Below, one piece after another: positions 18,795 through 31,809 of a stretch of DNA of 64,000 bases; the first letter of the stretch is position 1, and every line of letters begins with the position of its first letter. Made by a program: the position numbers and the translations under genes. This DNA is from Selaginella moellendorffii. Lineage: Eukaryota; Plantae; Lycopodiophyta. Below the pieces are notes generated by a model, which was given only the letters and a program-made list of their open reading frames with translations, was not told the origin of the DNA and searched no databases. Location: the NCBI RefSeq assembly GCF_000143415.4, contig NW_003314286.1, positions 1,425,718-1,489,717 of the forward strand, read 5' to 3'.

Positions 18795-19212
18795 CTCTCC
18801 CCGGCGCGATCGATTGATCGAAGAGAAAACCCTAACACGAGCCCTTACTGCTTTGATGGATGATTGCGTGCGCCTATAATTTTGACTTGATTTCCACGTC
18901 AGCTTACCCATATTAAGACATTGCTAAATATAGACCAGATGATCAGATAGAATATTCATAGAACTTCACTTTTGTTTTATAATCTTCGAATATTCTTGGA
19001 ATAAGTTCGTTAGAGATCGACGGTCCGTCATAATCAACGGTTGGCATTCAAAGATCCGGGATTTTAACTTAGAACCCTAAAAGTTTGGGGTTTTGGGGCC
19101 TCGCACGATGCACATTCTAACCTGTCGGCTGTACTTCGATCTCTCAGCAACGCTCTTTTCTGCCAGTGCGGCCATGAATTTCGCGTTCCTGTAGCACGAT
19201 TCTTGCAAGGAA

Positions 19213-20823
19213 ATGGGTAAGCTTCCATTTCTCCCTTTTTTGCGTGAAATATCTGGCGATCTCTTCTCTCCCAGGCGCCGGGATCTTCATCGGCCTCGCG
19301 GCTACTGTCTTCTCGATCTGGCTGCTCATGGTCGCGACCCTGGCGACCCTGGAGATGCTTCGATCCCACCGTGCCGAGGCTCCCACGGCCGCATTCGCCG
19401 AGAATGGCGACGACAGGTCCCTCCCGCCGATCCTTCTCCACAGGCCGAGGCATGTCTTGGCGTCCGCTCGAAGATCGCCGCGAAAGTCCCCACCTTTCGT
19501 GCCTTCCTCGGCGATTATGGTGAATGAGACGAGCTCTATCGCGATGCCCCCTTTCACTTCTCCGCTTGTGCCGGGCTTCTTCGTCTATGGCGACTCCACT
19601 GTGGACGTGGGGAACAACAATTATCTCCAGACCATCGCCAGGGCCAACCTTGCTCCATACGGGAGAGATTTCGACACTCACCTCCCCACTGGGAGATTTT
19701 CGAATGGCCGTTTGAGCGTCGACTATCTAGGTGCTGATGATATCTCTTATACAAAGTTAATTCTTCTTGTGTGTTTTTTTTTTTCTTTCAGCCTTGTTTC
19801 TGGGACTTCCATTTGTTCCTCCGCTTTTGAGTAGGAACTTCACATCTCAGATGCAAGGAGTGAATTTTGCTTCTGCTGGTGCCGGCATTCTCAATCCAAG
19901 TGGATCGGACCTTGTAAGTTTTCTCGTTGCTTTTGTTTGCTAGATTATAAGGAAGTTTTTATCTGTGTGATTGATTTCTTGGATGATCAGGGCCAACACA
20001 TTCCTATGGCAGAGCAAGTGCAGCACATCGTCGAAATACAGCAAAGGCTTGCTTCCAAAATCGGTGAGGACGCTGCCAACGCTGTCATTTCCAACTCGAT
20101 TCACTACATCTCAATCGGCAGCAACGACTTCATCCATTACTACCTAAGGAACGTCTCGGACGTCCAGAATAAGATGACCAACTTCGAGTTCAACCAGCTG
20201 CTGATATCCTCTCTAGTTGGACACATCGAGGTAGGATGACACTGTACTTTCGTTTTTCAACAAATTTCTTTCTTCAGGACATGTATGCCCGAGGCATTCG
20301 AAAGGTTGTGACGATCGGACTCGGGCCTCTCGGCTGCGTTCCCTTCTACCTCTATACCTTCAACCAGACGGGCGCTGGCTGCGTCGACAGCATCAACTTC
20401 ATGATCGCCGAGTTCAACAACGCGTTGAGGGTCACGGCTCAGAGCCTCGCAATGAAGCACAGGAACCTCAGGATCATCTACTGCGACGTTTTCCAGAGCC
20501 TCATGCCTATCGTCCGAACTCCACTCCAATACGGTACGTACGCACAGGCTGTTTTATTCCACTGTTAGAACTGAGAGAGCTAAGTTTCTTCAAACTCGTC
20601 CACAGGATTCGTCACGTCTCGAAGCGCCTGCTGCGGCGCTGGGAGATTCGGCGGCTGGATGATGTGCATGTTCCCGCAGATGGCTTGCAGCAACGCGAGC
20701 TCCTATCTCTGGTGGGACGAGTTCCATCCTACTGACAAAGCGAACTTTCTCCTTGCCAGGGATATATGGTCGGGAAACGTGTGCGAGCCTGGCGGCCTTC
20801 AAGATCTCGCCAAGGCATCCTGA
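19213..20823 (+). CDS. GDSL esterase/lipase
   Basis: 4-nt first coding exon (ATGG|gtaag...ccag|GC), [35 protein letters not shown]. Confidence 0.92.
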
Positions 20824-21151
20824 GCAACTCGCTCGAGAGAGCTTCGTTTTGGTCTTCCGCGCGAAAGGCGGGGTTGAAGGGCTTGATGTCCACCGAGAGG
20901 ACTCAGATAGTCTTGGAACTCATCACGCCGCTTGTCCTGGAGCTCCTACTTTTGCAGAGTTCCGTGATCTCGAGTATACATTTTTGTTGCATGGAGAAAA
21001 CTCTAAACTTCGCGATATCGTAGTAGCATCGTGTTCCTCCTTGTAAAGCTAAAGAGTTTCAAGCAACGGCCAAAGGATAGCGATTGGTTAATTAGAACGT
21101 TGGATGAAAGATAGACCAAATTAAAAGCTTGCCTTCACTTTGGGGTCGTCC

Positions 21152-22432
21152 ATGGCGGAGCACAGGGCGATTCACGTCGGCGCATTCAGCGATGGCGATC
21201 CGGCGGCAGCATGCAAGGTGGTGATGACTCCCACTCCAGTGCCAGGACGCGGTCAGGTGCTGCTCAAAGTGCTGTGCCGCCCGGTGAATCCCTCGGACGT
21301 CTTGTGCATCCAAGGGAGGTACTCCGGCGTTCCCAAGGAGTTTCCCTTCGTTCCTGGGCTTGAAGGGATGGGAGAAATCCGAGAGGTAATTTAAGCTCGT
21401 GACTAGCTAGGAGATCGCCCAGTGCTCAACTCTGTGAGTTTGCAGCTTGGGGACGGAGTGACCGGTTTTTCAAGGGGGCAGCGAGTGTTCCATATCTTTC
21501 CAGGCGCAGGATCATGGCAAGAGTATGCTCTCGTCCCGGCTGCAGACATCATTCCCATTCCGGACGTGATTTCGAACGAGATCGCCGCTCAGTTTTTCGT
21601 GAATCCTTGGTCAGGTCGTGCTTGGGTCTGCCGTTTCCTCTTGATTTTCTGGTTTCTCCCGCAGCGTTTGGAATGCTGGAAGTTCTTGGCGTCCCGGAGG
21701 GAGAATACGTGCTGCAAACAGCTGCTGGATCAGTGCTGGGAAGGATGTTTATCCAGCTAGCGCATCATCGAGGAGTCAAGGTATTACATTTGTAGTTCAG
21801 TGATTTGGAACTTCAAACCTTTGGTGGCAGACCATCAACCTTGTTCGTCGGGACGAACAGAAGGAAGAGCTCAAGGCCATTGGCGCTGACGAGGTCATCA
21901 ATCTCAAGGACGAAGGCATTGTGAAGCAAGTGAGTGAAATCACGGGTGGTAAAATGGCCTACGCCGCCATCGACGCTGTTGGAGGTGAAGTAACAAAAGT
22001 AAGTTCTTGTCCTCGTGAAGCAGCGTTTTGATTTGCAAGGTTTTGCTCAAAAGGTGGTGTGCTCGAGTGTGAGACCCAGAGGAACAGTGCTCTCTTACGG
22101 TGCGCTCGATGGCAAAATGGACGCTCACGCCGATGTGCGCGACCTTATCAATCGACAAGTCAAGCTACATGGGTTCCATCTGTCAAGGTGGGTTGACACA
22201 TTCGATGCTCCCGGCGTTCGCAAGGTCGCCGATACCATCTTCGAGCTCATGGCCAAGGGAGTTATGGTTCCCCTTGTTGGGGAGAAGTTCCCTCTCGAGA
22301 GAGCAAAAGAAGCGATTCGTAAAAGCCTGGTAGGTGTTCTTATTCGTAATCTTATTGCTTTCAACCGTTTGAGGTCTTTTGGCGATGCAGTCTACTGCTC
22401 GAGGTGGGAAAGTTTTGTTGGTCAGCTCTTAG
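21152..22432 (+). CDS. MDR enoyl/quinone reductase-like, copy 2
   Basis: Same motifs and intron positions as copy 1. Confidence 0.9.
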
Positions 22433-22763
22433 ATGAGCCACACGGACATTTTTGCTATGAAAAGTTCTTGTGAATCTTGAGAGTTCGATAGAGGTGAAAC
22501 CCATGGAATCGACAGAGTAACTTTTCTCTCTCATGGTATCGGTCATCACCACCGAGCTTGGCTGGATTTCCTGACAACATAAGCTACGCTGAGAGAGGAT
22601 CTAAGCGCAGTCTCGCAAAGAACCTGTGACATGAGATGGTCTTGACTTCCATGCAAGCTCTTTTGTTTTCCCCCCTTAATTTCTTCGTCGTCTTTGAGTT
22701 GGACACTAGCAAGGTGGGCTCAATAACTGTTCTACTTTTTGCTTTGGTTTGTCATCCTCATCC

Positions 22764-24079
22764 ATGGCGCAGCAGCAGAAGCACAAGGCCATCCAAGTGG
22801 AATGTTTCAGCTCTGACGATCCCGCGGCGGGATGCAAGGTGGCGGTGGTGAGCACGCCCAAGCCAGGCGCCGGCCAAGTGCTGCTCAAAATCCTGTGTCG
22901 CCCAATCAATCCCTCGGACATCCTGTGCATCCAAGGCATGTACCCTGACGGCCCCAAGAAGTTCCCATTCGTTCCTGGGCTCGAGGGAATGGGAGTAATT
23001 GAAGAGGTACTTTTCTCTACAATTCTTTCTTGTTCTCTCAAAATCTTTCCATAGCTCGGGGATGGAGTCACCGGGTTCTCGCCGGGGCAGAGAGTGTTTC
23101 ATATTTTCAAGGAGGCGGGATCTTGGCAAGAGTACGCTGTTGCTTCGGCCAGCGAGATAATTCCCATTCCCGACACCATCTCTAACGAGGTTGCCGCGCA
23201 GTTTTTTATCAATCCTTGGACAGGTTTGCTTGTCTTTTTTCTCTATATTCTTTATGCTTGCTTTCTATGGATTGACAGTGTATGGAATGCTGGAAACTCT
23301 CGACGTTCCAAAGGGAGAGTATGTGCTCCAAACAGCTGCTGGATCCGTGCTGGGGAGGATGTTCATCCAGCTCGCGCGGCATCGAGGAGTGAAGGTATGG
23401 CTGCATAGTTTCTCTGCCGATCGATTTGAGCGTTTCTTTCCTTTTGTGTGTGTAGACCATCAATCTTGTTCGTCGAGACGAGCAGAAGGAAGAGCTCAAG
23501 GCCATTGGAGGCGACGAAGTCATAAACTTCAAGACCGAGGATGTTGTGGAGGAAGTGAAGAAGATCACGGGCGGTAAATTGGTATACGGGGCAATCGATG
23601 CTGTTGGAGGCGCACTGACCAAAGTAAGCTCTTCCTCCGGTTTATTTTTTCTATCGCTCTTGCTTAGAACTTTGTTGGGATCTCCAGGTGGTGTGTTCCA
23701 GCGTGAGAAACCAAGGAACGATCCTTTGCTACGGTGTTCTTGACGAGAAACCAGAAGCTCAAGTGGACCTTATCGACCTCCTCTTTCGGCAAGTTAAGGT
23801 GCATGGATTTCACGTCGTCAAATGGGTGGAATCGTTAGGCGGCGCCGACGAGTTTCGCCAAATTGCTGCCACAATCTTTGAGTTGATCGCGAAGGGAGTC
23901 ATGGCTCCTCTTGTTGGGGAGAAGTTCCCACTCGACAGCACCCCGGAAGCAATACGTAAAAGCCTGGTCAGTCTTCACACATCTCTCTCCAAAGACTTTA
24001 CCTCTCACTCGATTGATTTTTGTGGTTTGTGCAGTCGATAGGCCGAGGTGGGAAAGTTTTGCTGGTGAGTGTCAAATAG
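22764..24079 (+). CDS. MDR enoyl/quinone reductase-like, copy 3
   Basis: Same motifs and introns; ends RGGKVLLVSVK*. Confidence 0.9.
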
Positions 24080-24129
24080 TAGAACTACTGGTTGTGTGAT
24101 TAGAATATTCTATCATAAAGGGGAATATG

Positions 24130-24475
24130 ATGTTTGGTTAACAAATCAAGAATCTGTAATTTTTGGTTTAATTATAAATATGTTTATAAATTATAAATAC
24201 AAGATTAATCTAAATGAATAGCAACCGTTAGATGATAAAATATTTTAGAATATTCAAATATATTTTAAATATATTTACTATCAACAAGTTTGCTTAAGCA
24301 TATAAATTTTATTAAACCCTTTCTAGTATATTTTTTTTATTCTATCATCTAATGGTTGATATGCAATATGATTAATCTTGTATTTATAAATTACAAACAT
24401 GCTTATAATTATAATTTTTATTTAATCAATTGGATTAATAAGTATAATAAAACTACTATTAAGCAAACCAAACAT
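24130..24475. mobile_element. AT-rich foldback/MITE-like insertion
   Basis: Termini ATGTTTGGTT / AACCAAACAT and long internal imperfect inverted arms (~24160-24237 vs ~24343-24410). Absent from the paralogous 3' region at ~27860. Confidence 0.65.
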
Positions 24476-24699
24476 TGCTACATGCAATGCATAGCAATTT
24501 AATTGATATTGATTGAGATTCTTGTGTAGGAGTTTACAAACTAAATTTGAATGTCATTAGATTGAGGAATATCACTTGAATATTCTTAAAATATCCACTA
24601 CAACAGAGAACTTGACATAGATATGGACTCTCCAAAGTAAGCTCTCCCTCTAGTTTCTTTATTCTTTTGTATTTTCTACCCCTCTTGCTTCTAGGTTCT

Positions 24700-26160
24700 G
24701 GTATTCAGCGTGCGTGAGAAACCAAGTACGATCCATAAATGAAAGTTAAAAGAGAGCTTTCGGTGGTTTTGACGAGAAACCAGGAGCTCATCTTCGGCAA
24801 GTCGGAGTTTACGTTGTCAAATCGGTCAGCGGTCCCAGTGATGTCCGCAAAACCGTTGCCGTATTCTTTGAGTTGCTAGGGAGTTGCATGGCTCCTCCCC
24901 ACTCGACAGTACAATACGTCAAAGCCGGGTCAGTCTTCACACATTCGCTTGCTCTCCTCTCTTCTCCATCCAGACTTTGCTTCTCACTGGTGTGATTTTC
25001 GATATCAGGATCATCTACTGCGACGTATTCCAGAGCCTCATGCCTATCGTCCGAACTCCACTCCAATATGGTACGTTGTTTTATTCCACTGTTAGAACTG
25101 AGAGAGCTAAGTTTCTTCATATTCATCCACAGGATTCGTCACGTCTCGAAGCGCCTGCTGCGGCGCTGGGAGATTCGGCGGCTAGATGATGTGCATGTTC
25201 CCGCAGATGGCTTGCAGCAACGCGAGCTCCTATCCCTGGTGGGACGAGTTCCATCCTACTAACAAAGCGAACTTTCTCCGGGAAATGTGTGCGAGCCTGG
25301 CAGCCTTCAAGATCTCGCCAAGGCATCCTGAGCAACTCGCTCGAGAGAGCTTCGTTTTGGTCTTCCGCGCGAAAGGCGGGGTTGAAGGGCTTGATGTCCA
25401 CAGAGAGGACTCAAATAGTCTTGGAACTCATCACGCCGCTTGTCCTGGAGCTCCTACTTTTGCAGAGTTCCGTGATCTCGAGTATACATTTTTGTTGTAT
25501 GGAGAAAACTTTAAACTTCACGATATCGTAGTATCATCGTGTTCCTCCTTGTAAAGCTAGCACAGGCTGTAAAGAGTTTCAAGCAACGGCCAAAGGATAG
25601 CGATTGGTTAATTAGAACGTTGGATGAAGTGATTTGGAACTTCAAACCTTTGGTGGCAGACCATCAACCTTGTTCGTCGGAGAAGCGCTGACGAGGTCAT
25701 CAATCTCAAGGACGAAGGCATTGTGAAGCAAGTGAGTGAAATCACGGGTGGTAAAATGGCCTACGCCGCCATCGACGCTGTTGGAGGTGAAGTAACCAAA
25801 GTAAGTTCTTGTCCTCGTGAAGCAGCGTTTTGATTTGCAAAGTTTGCTCAAAAGGTGGTGTGCTCGAGTGTGAGACTCAGAGGAACAGTGCTCTCTTACG
25901 GTGTGCTCGATGGCAAAATGGACGCTCACGCCGATGTGCGCGACCTTATCAATCGACAAGTCAAGCTACATGGGTTCCATCTGTCAAGGTGTAACACATT
26001 CGATGCTCCCGGCGTTCGCAAGGTCGCCGATACCATCTTCGAGCTCATGGCCAAGGGAGTTATGGTTCCCCTTGTTGGGGAGAAGTTCCCTCTCGAGAGA
26101 GCAAAAGAAGCGATTCGTAAAGCCTGGTAGGTGTTCTTATTCGTAATCTTATTGCTTTCA
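24700..26160 (+). pseudogene. Fused fragments: MDR 3' relic, GDSL 3' half duplicate (~25005-25625), deleted MDR copy-2 3' half (~25630-26160)
   Basis: Near-identical to ~20470-21110 and ~21800-22375 but lacking 5' parts and carrying internal deletions. Confidence 0.88.
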
Positions 26161-26484
26161 ACCGTTTGAGGTTTTTCTGATGAGCAGAACATTCTTGTGA
26201 ATCTTGAGAGTTCGATAGAGGTGAAACCCATGGAATCGACAGAGTAGCTTTTCTCTCTCATGGTATCGGTCCTCACTGCTGAGCGAAACTATTCCACCGA
26301 GCTTGACAGCATAAGCTGCGGTAGGATTTAAGCGCAGTCCCACAAAGAACCTGTGACTGATGTGGTCTATGCAAGCTCTTTTGTTTTTCCCCCTTAATCG
26401 TCTTTGAGTTGAACACGACACTAGAAAGGTGGGCTCTATAAATGTTCTACTTTTTGCTTTGAAAGCAGTTTGTAATCCTCATCC

Positions 26485-27803
26485 ATGACGCAGCAGCAGC
26501 AGAAACACAAGGCCATCCAAGTGGAATGTTTCAGCAATGACGATCCCGCGGCGGGATGCAAGGTGGCGATGGTGAGCACGCCCAAGCCAGGCGCCGGCCA
26601 AGTGCTGCTCAAAATCCTGTGTCGCCCAATCCATCCCTCCGACATCCTGCGCATCCAAGGCATGTACGGTGACAACCCCAAGAAGTTCCCATTCGTTCCT
26701 GGGCTCGAGGGAATGGGAGTGATTGAAGAGGTACTTTTCTCTCCAATTCTTTCGTGTTCTCCCAAAATCTTTCCATAGCTCGGGGATGGAGTCACCGGGT
26801 TCTCGCCGGGGCAGAGAGTGTTTCATATTTTCAAGGAGGTGGGATCTTGGCAAGAGTACGCTGTTGCTTCGGCCAGCGAGATAATTCCCATTCCCGACAC
26901 CATCTCTAACGAGGTTGCCGCGCAGTTTTTTATCAATCCTTGGACAGGTTTGCTTGTCTTTTTTCTATATATTCTTTATACTTGCTTGCTCTGGATTGAC
27001 AGTGTATGGAATGCTGGAAACTCTCGACGTTCCAAAGGGAGAGTATGTGCTCCAAACAGCTGCTGGATCCGTGCTGGGGAGGATGTTCATCCAGCTCGCG
27101 CGGCATCGAGGAGTGAAGGTATGGCTGCAAAATTTCTCTGCCGATCGATTTGAGCGTTTCTTTCCTTTTGTGTGTGTAGACCATCAATCTTGTTCGTCGA
27201 GACGAGCAGAAGGAAGAGCTCAAGGCCATTGGAGGCGACGAAGTCATAAACATCAAGACCGAGGATGTTGTGGAGGAAGTGAAGAAGATCACGGGCGGGA
27301 AATTGGTATACGGGGCAGTCGATGCTGTTGGAGGCGCACTGACCAAAGTAAGCTCTTCCTCTAGTTTCTTTTCTCTATCCCTCTTGCTTAGAACTTTGTT
27401 GGGATCTCCAGGTGGTGTGTTCCAGCGTGAGAAACCAAGGAACGATCCTTTGCTACGGTGTTCTTGACGAGAAACCAGAAGCTCAAGTGGGTGTTAGCGA
27501 CCTCGTCTTTCGGCAAGTTAAGGTGCATGGATTTCACGTCGTCAAATGGGTGGAATCGTTTGGCAGCCCCGACGAGTTTCGCGAAATTGCTGCCACAATC
27601 TTTGAGTTGATCGCGAAGGGAGTCATAGCTCCTCTTGTTGGGGAGAAGTTCCCACTCGACAGCACCCCGGAAGCAATACGTAAAAGCCTGGTCAGTCTTC
27701 ACACATCTCTCTCCAAAAACTTTACCTCTCACTCGATTAATTTTTGTGGTTTGTGCAGTCGATAGGCCGAGGTGGGAAAGTTTTGCTGGTCAGTGTCAAA
27801 TAA
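26485..27803 (+). CDS. MDR enoyl/quinone reductase-like, copy 4 (recent duplicate of copy 3)
   Basis: Exons and introns almost identical to copy 3; frame intact. Confidence 0.88.
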
Positions 27804-27999
27804 TAAGAACTACTGGTTGTGTGATTAGAATATTCTAGCATAAAGGGAAAAATGAATATGATGTTAGGTCATCCAATGACAAACAAAATTTGATGTTAGA
27901 TTGAGGAATATCACTTGAATATTCTTAGAATATCCACTACAACAGAGAGCCGCAAAAACTTGATGTTGCTATGGACTCTCCAAAGTACGGCAACTCTCG

Positions 28000-30900
28000 T
28001 CATTTTTTTCGTCGCACTCCCGCGCTAACACCCGAGAGCTGCTTGAGATTGGTGAGGGCGTCCTGCGCGAGCGCCTTGGTCGTGGCGCTCCCAAACTTGA
28101 AGGCCTCCACCAGCGCCTTGAAGAGCTTGGTGTCCACCGACAAGGACTTGGCCAAGTCGTCCACCCGGACGATCCTCTCCACCACCCACGCCGTCCTGTC
28201 CTGGAGCTCCCCCTTTTGCAGCCCGTAGAAGAGCTCCAGGATCTTCTGGAGGCCCTCCACTCTGCACAGCTCCTCCACCGCCCCTCGGAGGTTGCTCGAG
28301 TCCGCCAGCAGCGTCGAGAGCGCCTCCATCGCTGCGAGCTGGACACCTTGGTCCTCCTCTTCGAGCAGCTCCAGCACTGGAACTATCGCTCTGGCCTCCA
28401 CCATGCACACCGAGTCGGCTGGATCGCACACTCCCGGATGGATCGAGCAGGAGAGCTTGCCCGGCCGGGAGCGAAAGCAGAAACACGTCGTGGGTGGAAG
28501 CTCCGGCTTTCTGCACAAGCTTGCGGCCATGTTCGACAGGCACTTGATTCCCATCGCGGCCCTGTGCTTGATCACAAACTCGCCTTGCCGGTCTAGCTCG
28601 TTTACCAGGAGCGTCATCACGTCGTGCTGCCTCAGCGTCGCCGGCGGGGAGAGCGCATTAAAGCGGAGGAAATGGAGGAGGATTCCCAGGAGGCCTTCGA
28701 TCGTCTCGGACAAAAGCCGCGTGTGCGACCGCCCGCGCTTGCTGTCCTTTAAGCTGGCTAAGGTAGTGAGTGTCCATTCCAGGAGCTCGGGCTCTAAGTG
28801 TTGGGACACTTCTTTCTCTGTCATCGGGATGGCGCCGAGCACAAACGCAGCCGCCGCTCGCTCTTCGGTGTTTGTGGATCTTAAGAGAGCCTGTAGCCTC
28901 GCCGCCATTTCTGTCCCGTGGAACTCTCGGACTATGTCCGGCCCCAAGCGAGGAGCGATGACTGCTAATAGTCTTAACGCGTGTAACCGGTGACTGTCCA
29001 CGGAAGTTTCCGATAGAAAAACAGCGCAAATTCTTACTCCATGCCCGCTTCGTATGTGCTCGCAAGCCTCCTCTGCACAAAGAAACATTTTACGTTAAGA
29101 GAGCTAAAGAAAATAAGAAACTTACCTCCAGCATCAGGAGACGAAGCCATTCCCGTAAGTATTTGCAACAGCGTGTGCTTCCAGTCCGGCCTGGCGTGAG
29201 CCATGAGGCCCAAGAGATTGTGTACCACAAACTCGGAATACAGTGTTGTCCCCTCGGCATCGATGCTTGCATTCTCCCAGCTCCCGCGGGACGACACAAG
29301 CTTGCTCACCACCTCCGCCGCCCACTCTTTGAGCTTGAGTGCCCGATTGTTGACGGACGAGTGTATGCTAAACATGATGTCTAGCAGCGGTGGAAGTATC
29401 CCGGCCTCAATCAGCAAGCTTTTGTTGTCGGCCAGTGACGAAAGCATGAGGAAAACACCCAGGCTTGCCTCTTTTGCTTCCAGTGTGCCGGGTAGCATTG
29501 CAATGAGGCTCCGCGTCGCAGACTGCGCAACAAGCTTAACTTGGCTCTTTACCAGGTGTCTCTTTGCGAGATAACTTGCCATCCTGATCCGAGTTTCTTG
29601 GGGTCCTGTTGGTTGATCAAAAGATCAGTACAGCACAAAGCATAGCCACTACGTTTCTTTACCTTCGCAAAGACGTGCAAGCAAGGGTTGAATTCTTCCT
29701 GCCTCGGCCATTTCCAGAACGTTTGACTCTACTTGCTCCAAGTTCCGTAAAGTTTTCTCGGCCAACTGAGAGAGGTCGTGGTCCTTGCTAGCGAGAAGGC
29801 CGGCCAGGTGAATTACGGCTCCTTTCCCTGTGCCTAGAACCTCACAAACCTCTAGGCTGCTGGTTGAGAGATGGTATAGTAACCGAGCAGCATTTGCTTT
29901 CTCTTCGTCTTCCTTGCTGCCAAGGCTTCGCACGCTGAATCTTAAGAAGCCTTCCTTCACGATGATGTGCTGTGACAAAGATAGCAGAAGAGAGCCTAAG
30001 TTACTTTCAAACAGAAAACTTTTTGCGAATCGAACATACCTGATTGTCGGCGTCGTCTACAGCCATCCTGTCGAGAACTTCGAGCGCTTTCGAGCGGAAA
30101 TAAGCAGCACCTTCCAAGCTCCAGATCTTTGCAATCTTGGGGATGAGGTTAGCACTCTTGATCTTCCACTTGTTCATCGGGTTCTCGTTGAAAAGCCGGA
30201 GGATCTCGTCGAGAGCACCGTCCACGTCCTGCATGAGCTCCACAGCTGTGAGCCTGTCCACCACGCTCTGCACTCGAAACGCTACATTCCTCTGGTACCA
30301 CTCCTCGATGGTCTTTCGCAGCACAAGGTTGGAATGGAGCTCCGTGGTCGACAAGACGCGTCCACTGCTCGGACAAGTCGGCTCCCTGTCCTGCTCCCGG
30401 CACGTCCGAAACCATTCCTCGATTGCATTCCGCTCGTAGGTGTGCTCCGACTCGAGCACCACCGGGTCCTTCATGACTTGTTTCGTGAGCGGGCACTCGA
30501 AGGCATCGAACGATGGTATCGCCTCGTTGTCAGTCTGTAGCAATGCCGAGTTCTCACAAGCCAGAGTGCTCAAAAGTTCCTCCACCATGGTTTCCAGCTC
30601 GTCCTTGTCCTCGGTGCTGATATCCGCTTTGAAGTACCGGAGCTCTCGAGACAAGAGCTCCCTATCTCTTTCGAAGTTAATGCCCAGATCCGTGGAGAAC
30701 TTCACGATGAGCGAGTCAGCGTCGAGGTCTAGCAGATTTCGCGTCTCATCCTCCTCCGCATTTGGAACCTGGTAAAGAAAACTCTCTTTTCCCATTATTT
30801 ATTTTGAGTGACTCTTACCTCGTAAGTTGTTTGTTTCATTCTCGAGATGAGATTGTCGAGCTTCGATCTGGAATTTTCTGACAAGGAGCTGCTCGCGTCC

Positions 30901-31235
30901 TGGAGCTGGGCGAGCGAGTTTTCCAATCCACGCACGACCTCTTCCACCTCACGGTTGAGCACACGCAGCCAAACGATCATATACAGCCGCCGCTTACGCT
31001 TGTGCCTGCTAACCATGCCCTGCGCCTTCCTCACACTGTTCGTCAGCGCCGCGCAAGCGCTGGCAGCGCCTTCTCCCATCCTCAAATCCCCCAATTCCCG
31101 ATCCAGCACCTCCTTGATCCCTTCCAGGAAAGAAATAAGCTCCTTGATGCTCTCTTTCTTGGCGATCATCGCATTGGCATCCTGGATGACAGCGCTGAGC
31201 TCCTTGAGCAGTACGGCAACGCCCGGGCTTGCCAT
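28000..31235 (-). CDS. U-box/ARM-repeat E3 ligase, SAUL1/PUB43-44-like
   Basis: N-terminal helical domain, U-box 'FECPLTKQVMKDPV..HTYERNAIEEW..TCPSSG', ARM repeats, C-terminal 'CSIHPGVC...CMVEARAI'. Confidence 0.92.
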
Positions 31236-31469
31236 AGCCGCCCAATTGCAAGGCGCGCCTCCCCAAAACCTAGTTGATAGGCCGCACGGCCGCGAGCCAC
31301 ATTCTCACCTGTTCTAACGCGATCGATCGATGCACCAGACGCGCAGCGCTTTGACCCAGCTCGACTCACGCGCATAAAGTCAACATAAATTTGTGTTTGA
31401 CCTAAAAACTCATTTGTACTCTAACGCGATCTTTGACACACAGAGAAACCATCTTGTTTGTAGGTCTTC

Positions 31470-31806
31470 GGTCTGATGCCGGAGAAGAACAGTATCTTGG
31501 CGTATGCCCCACAAGGGCATCTTGATGTAGCTACAAGCTACTTTGCCGAGATGCCTTTAACCTGCTTGGCGTCTACGCACAAAGGGCAAAGAGGATCTTC
31601 GATCAGATGCCACCGTCTCCTGGAACTCGATGCTCTCTGCACATACCCAGAATGGGTATCTGAAAGAAGCCAACCGGACCTGGTTTCATGCAATTCGACT
31701 CTTTACATTTCCTCTCTCAACGATAGCCTGAATGACTCTCACAATTCCATGCTCGCAGCCTACAAATGATATCTGGAAGACTGTAAGTTTCTCTTTGATA
31801 ACATGC
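31470..31806 (+). pseudogene. Deleted copy of the PPR gene at 34299
   Basis: Collinear with ~34583-35055 but with multiple small deletions. Confidence 0.88.
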
Positions 31807-31809
31807 AGG

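Noticed and set aside
28025-30775. Long antisense/alternate-frame ORFs over the U-box gene (similarly over P450, GT47 and PQQ genes)
   Set aside because: Shadow ORFs expected from GC-rich codon usage; no motifs
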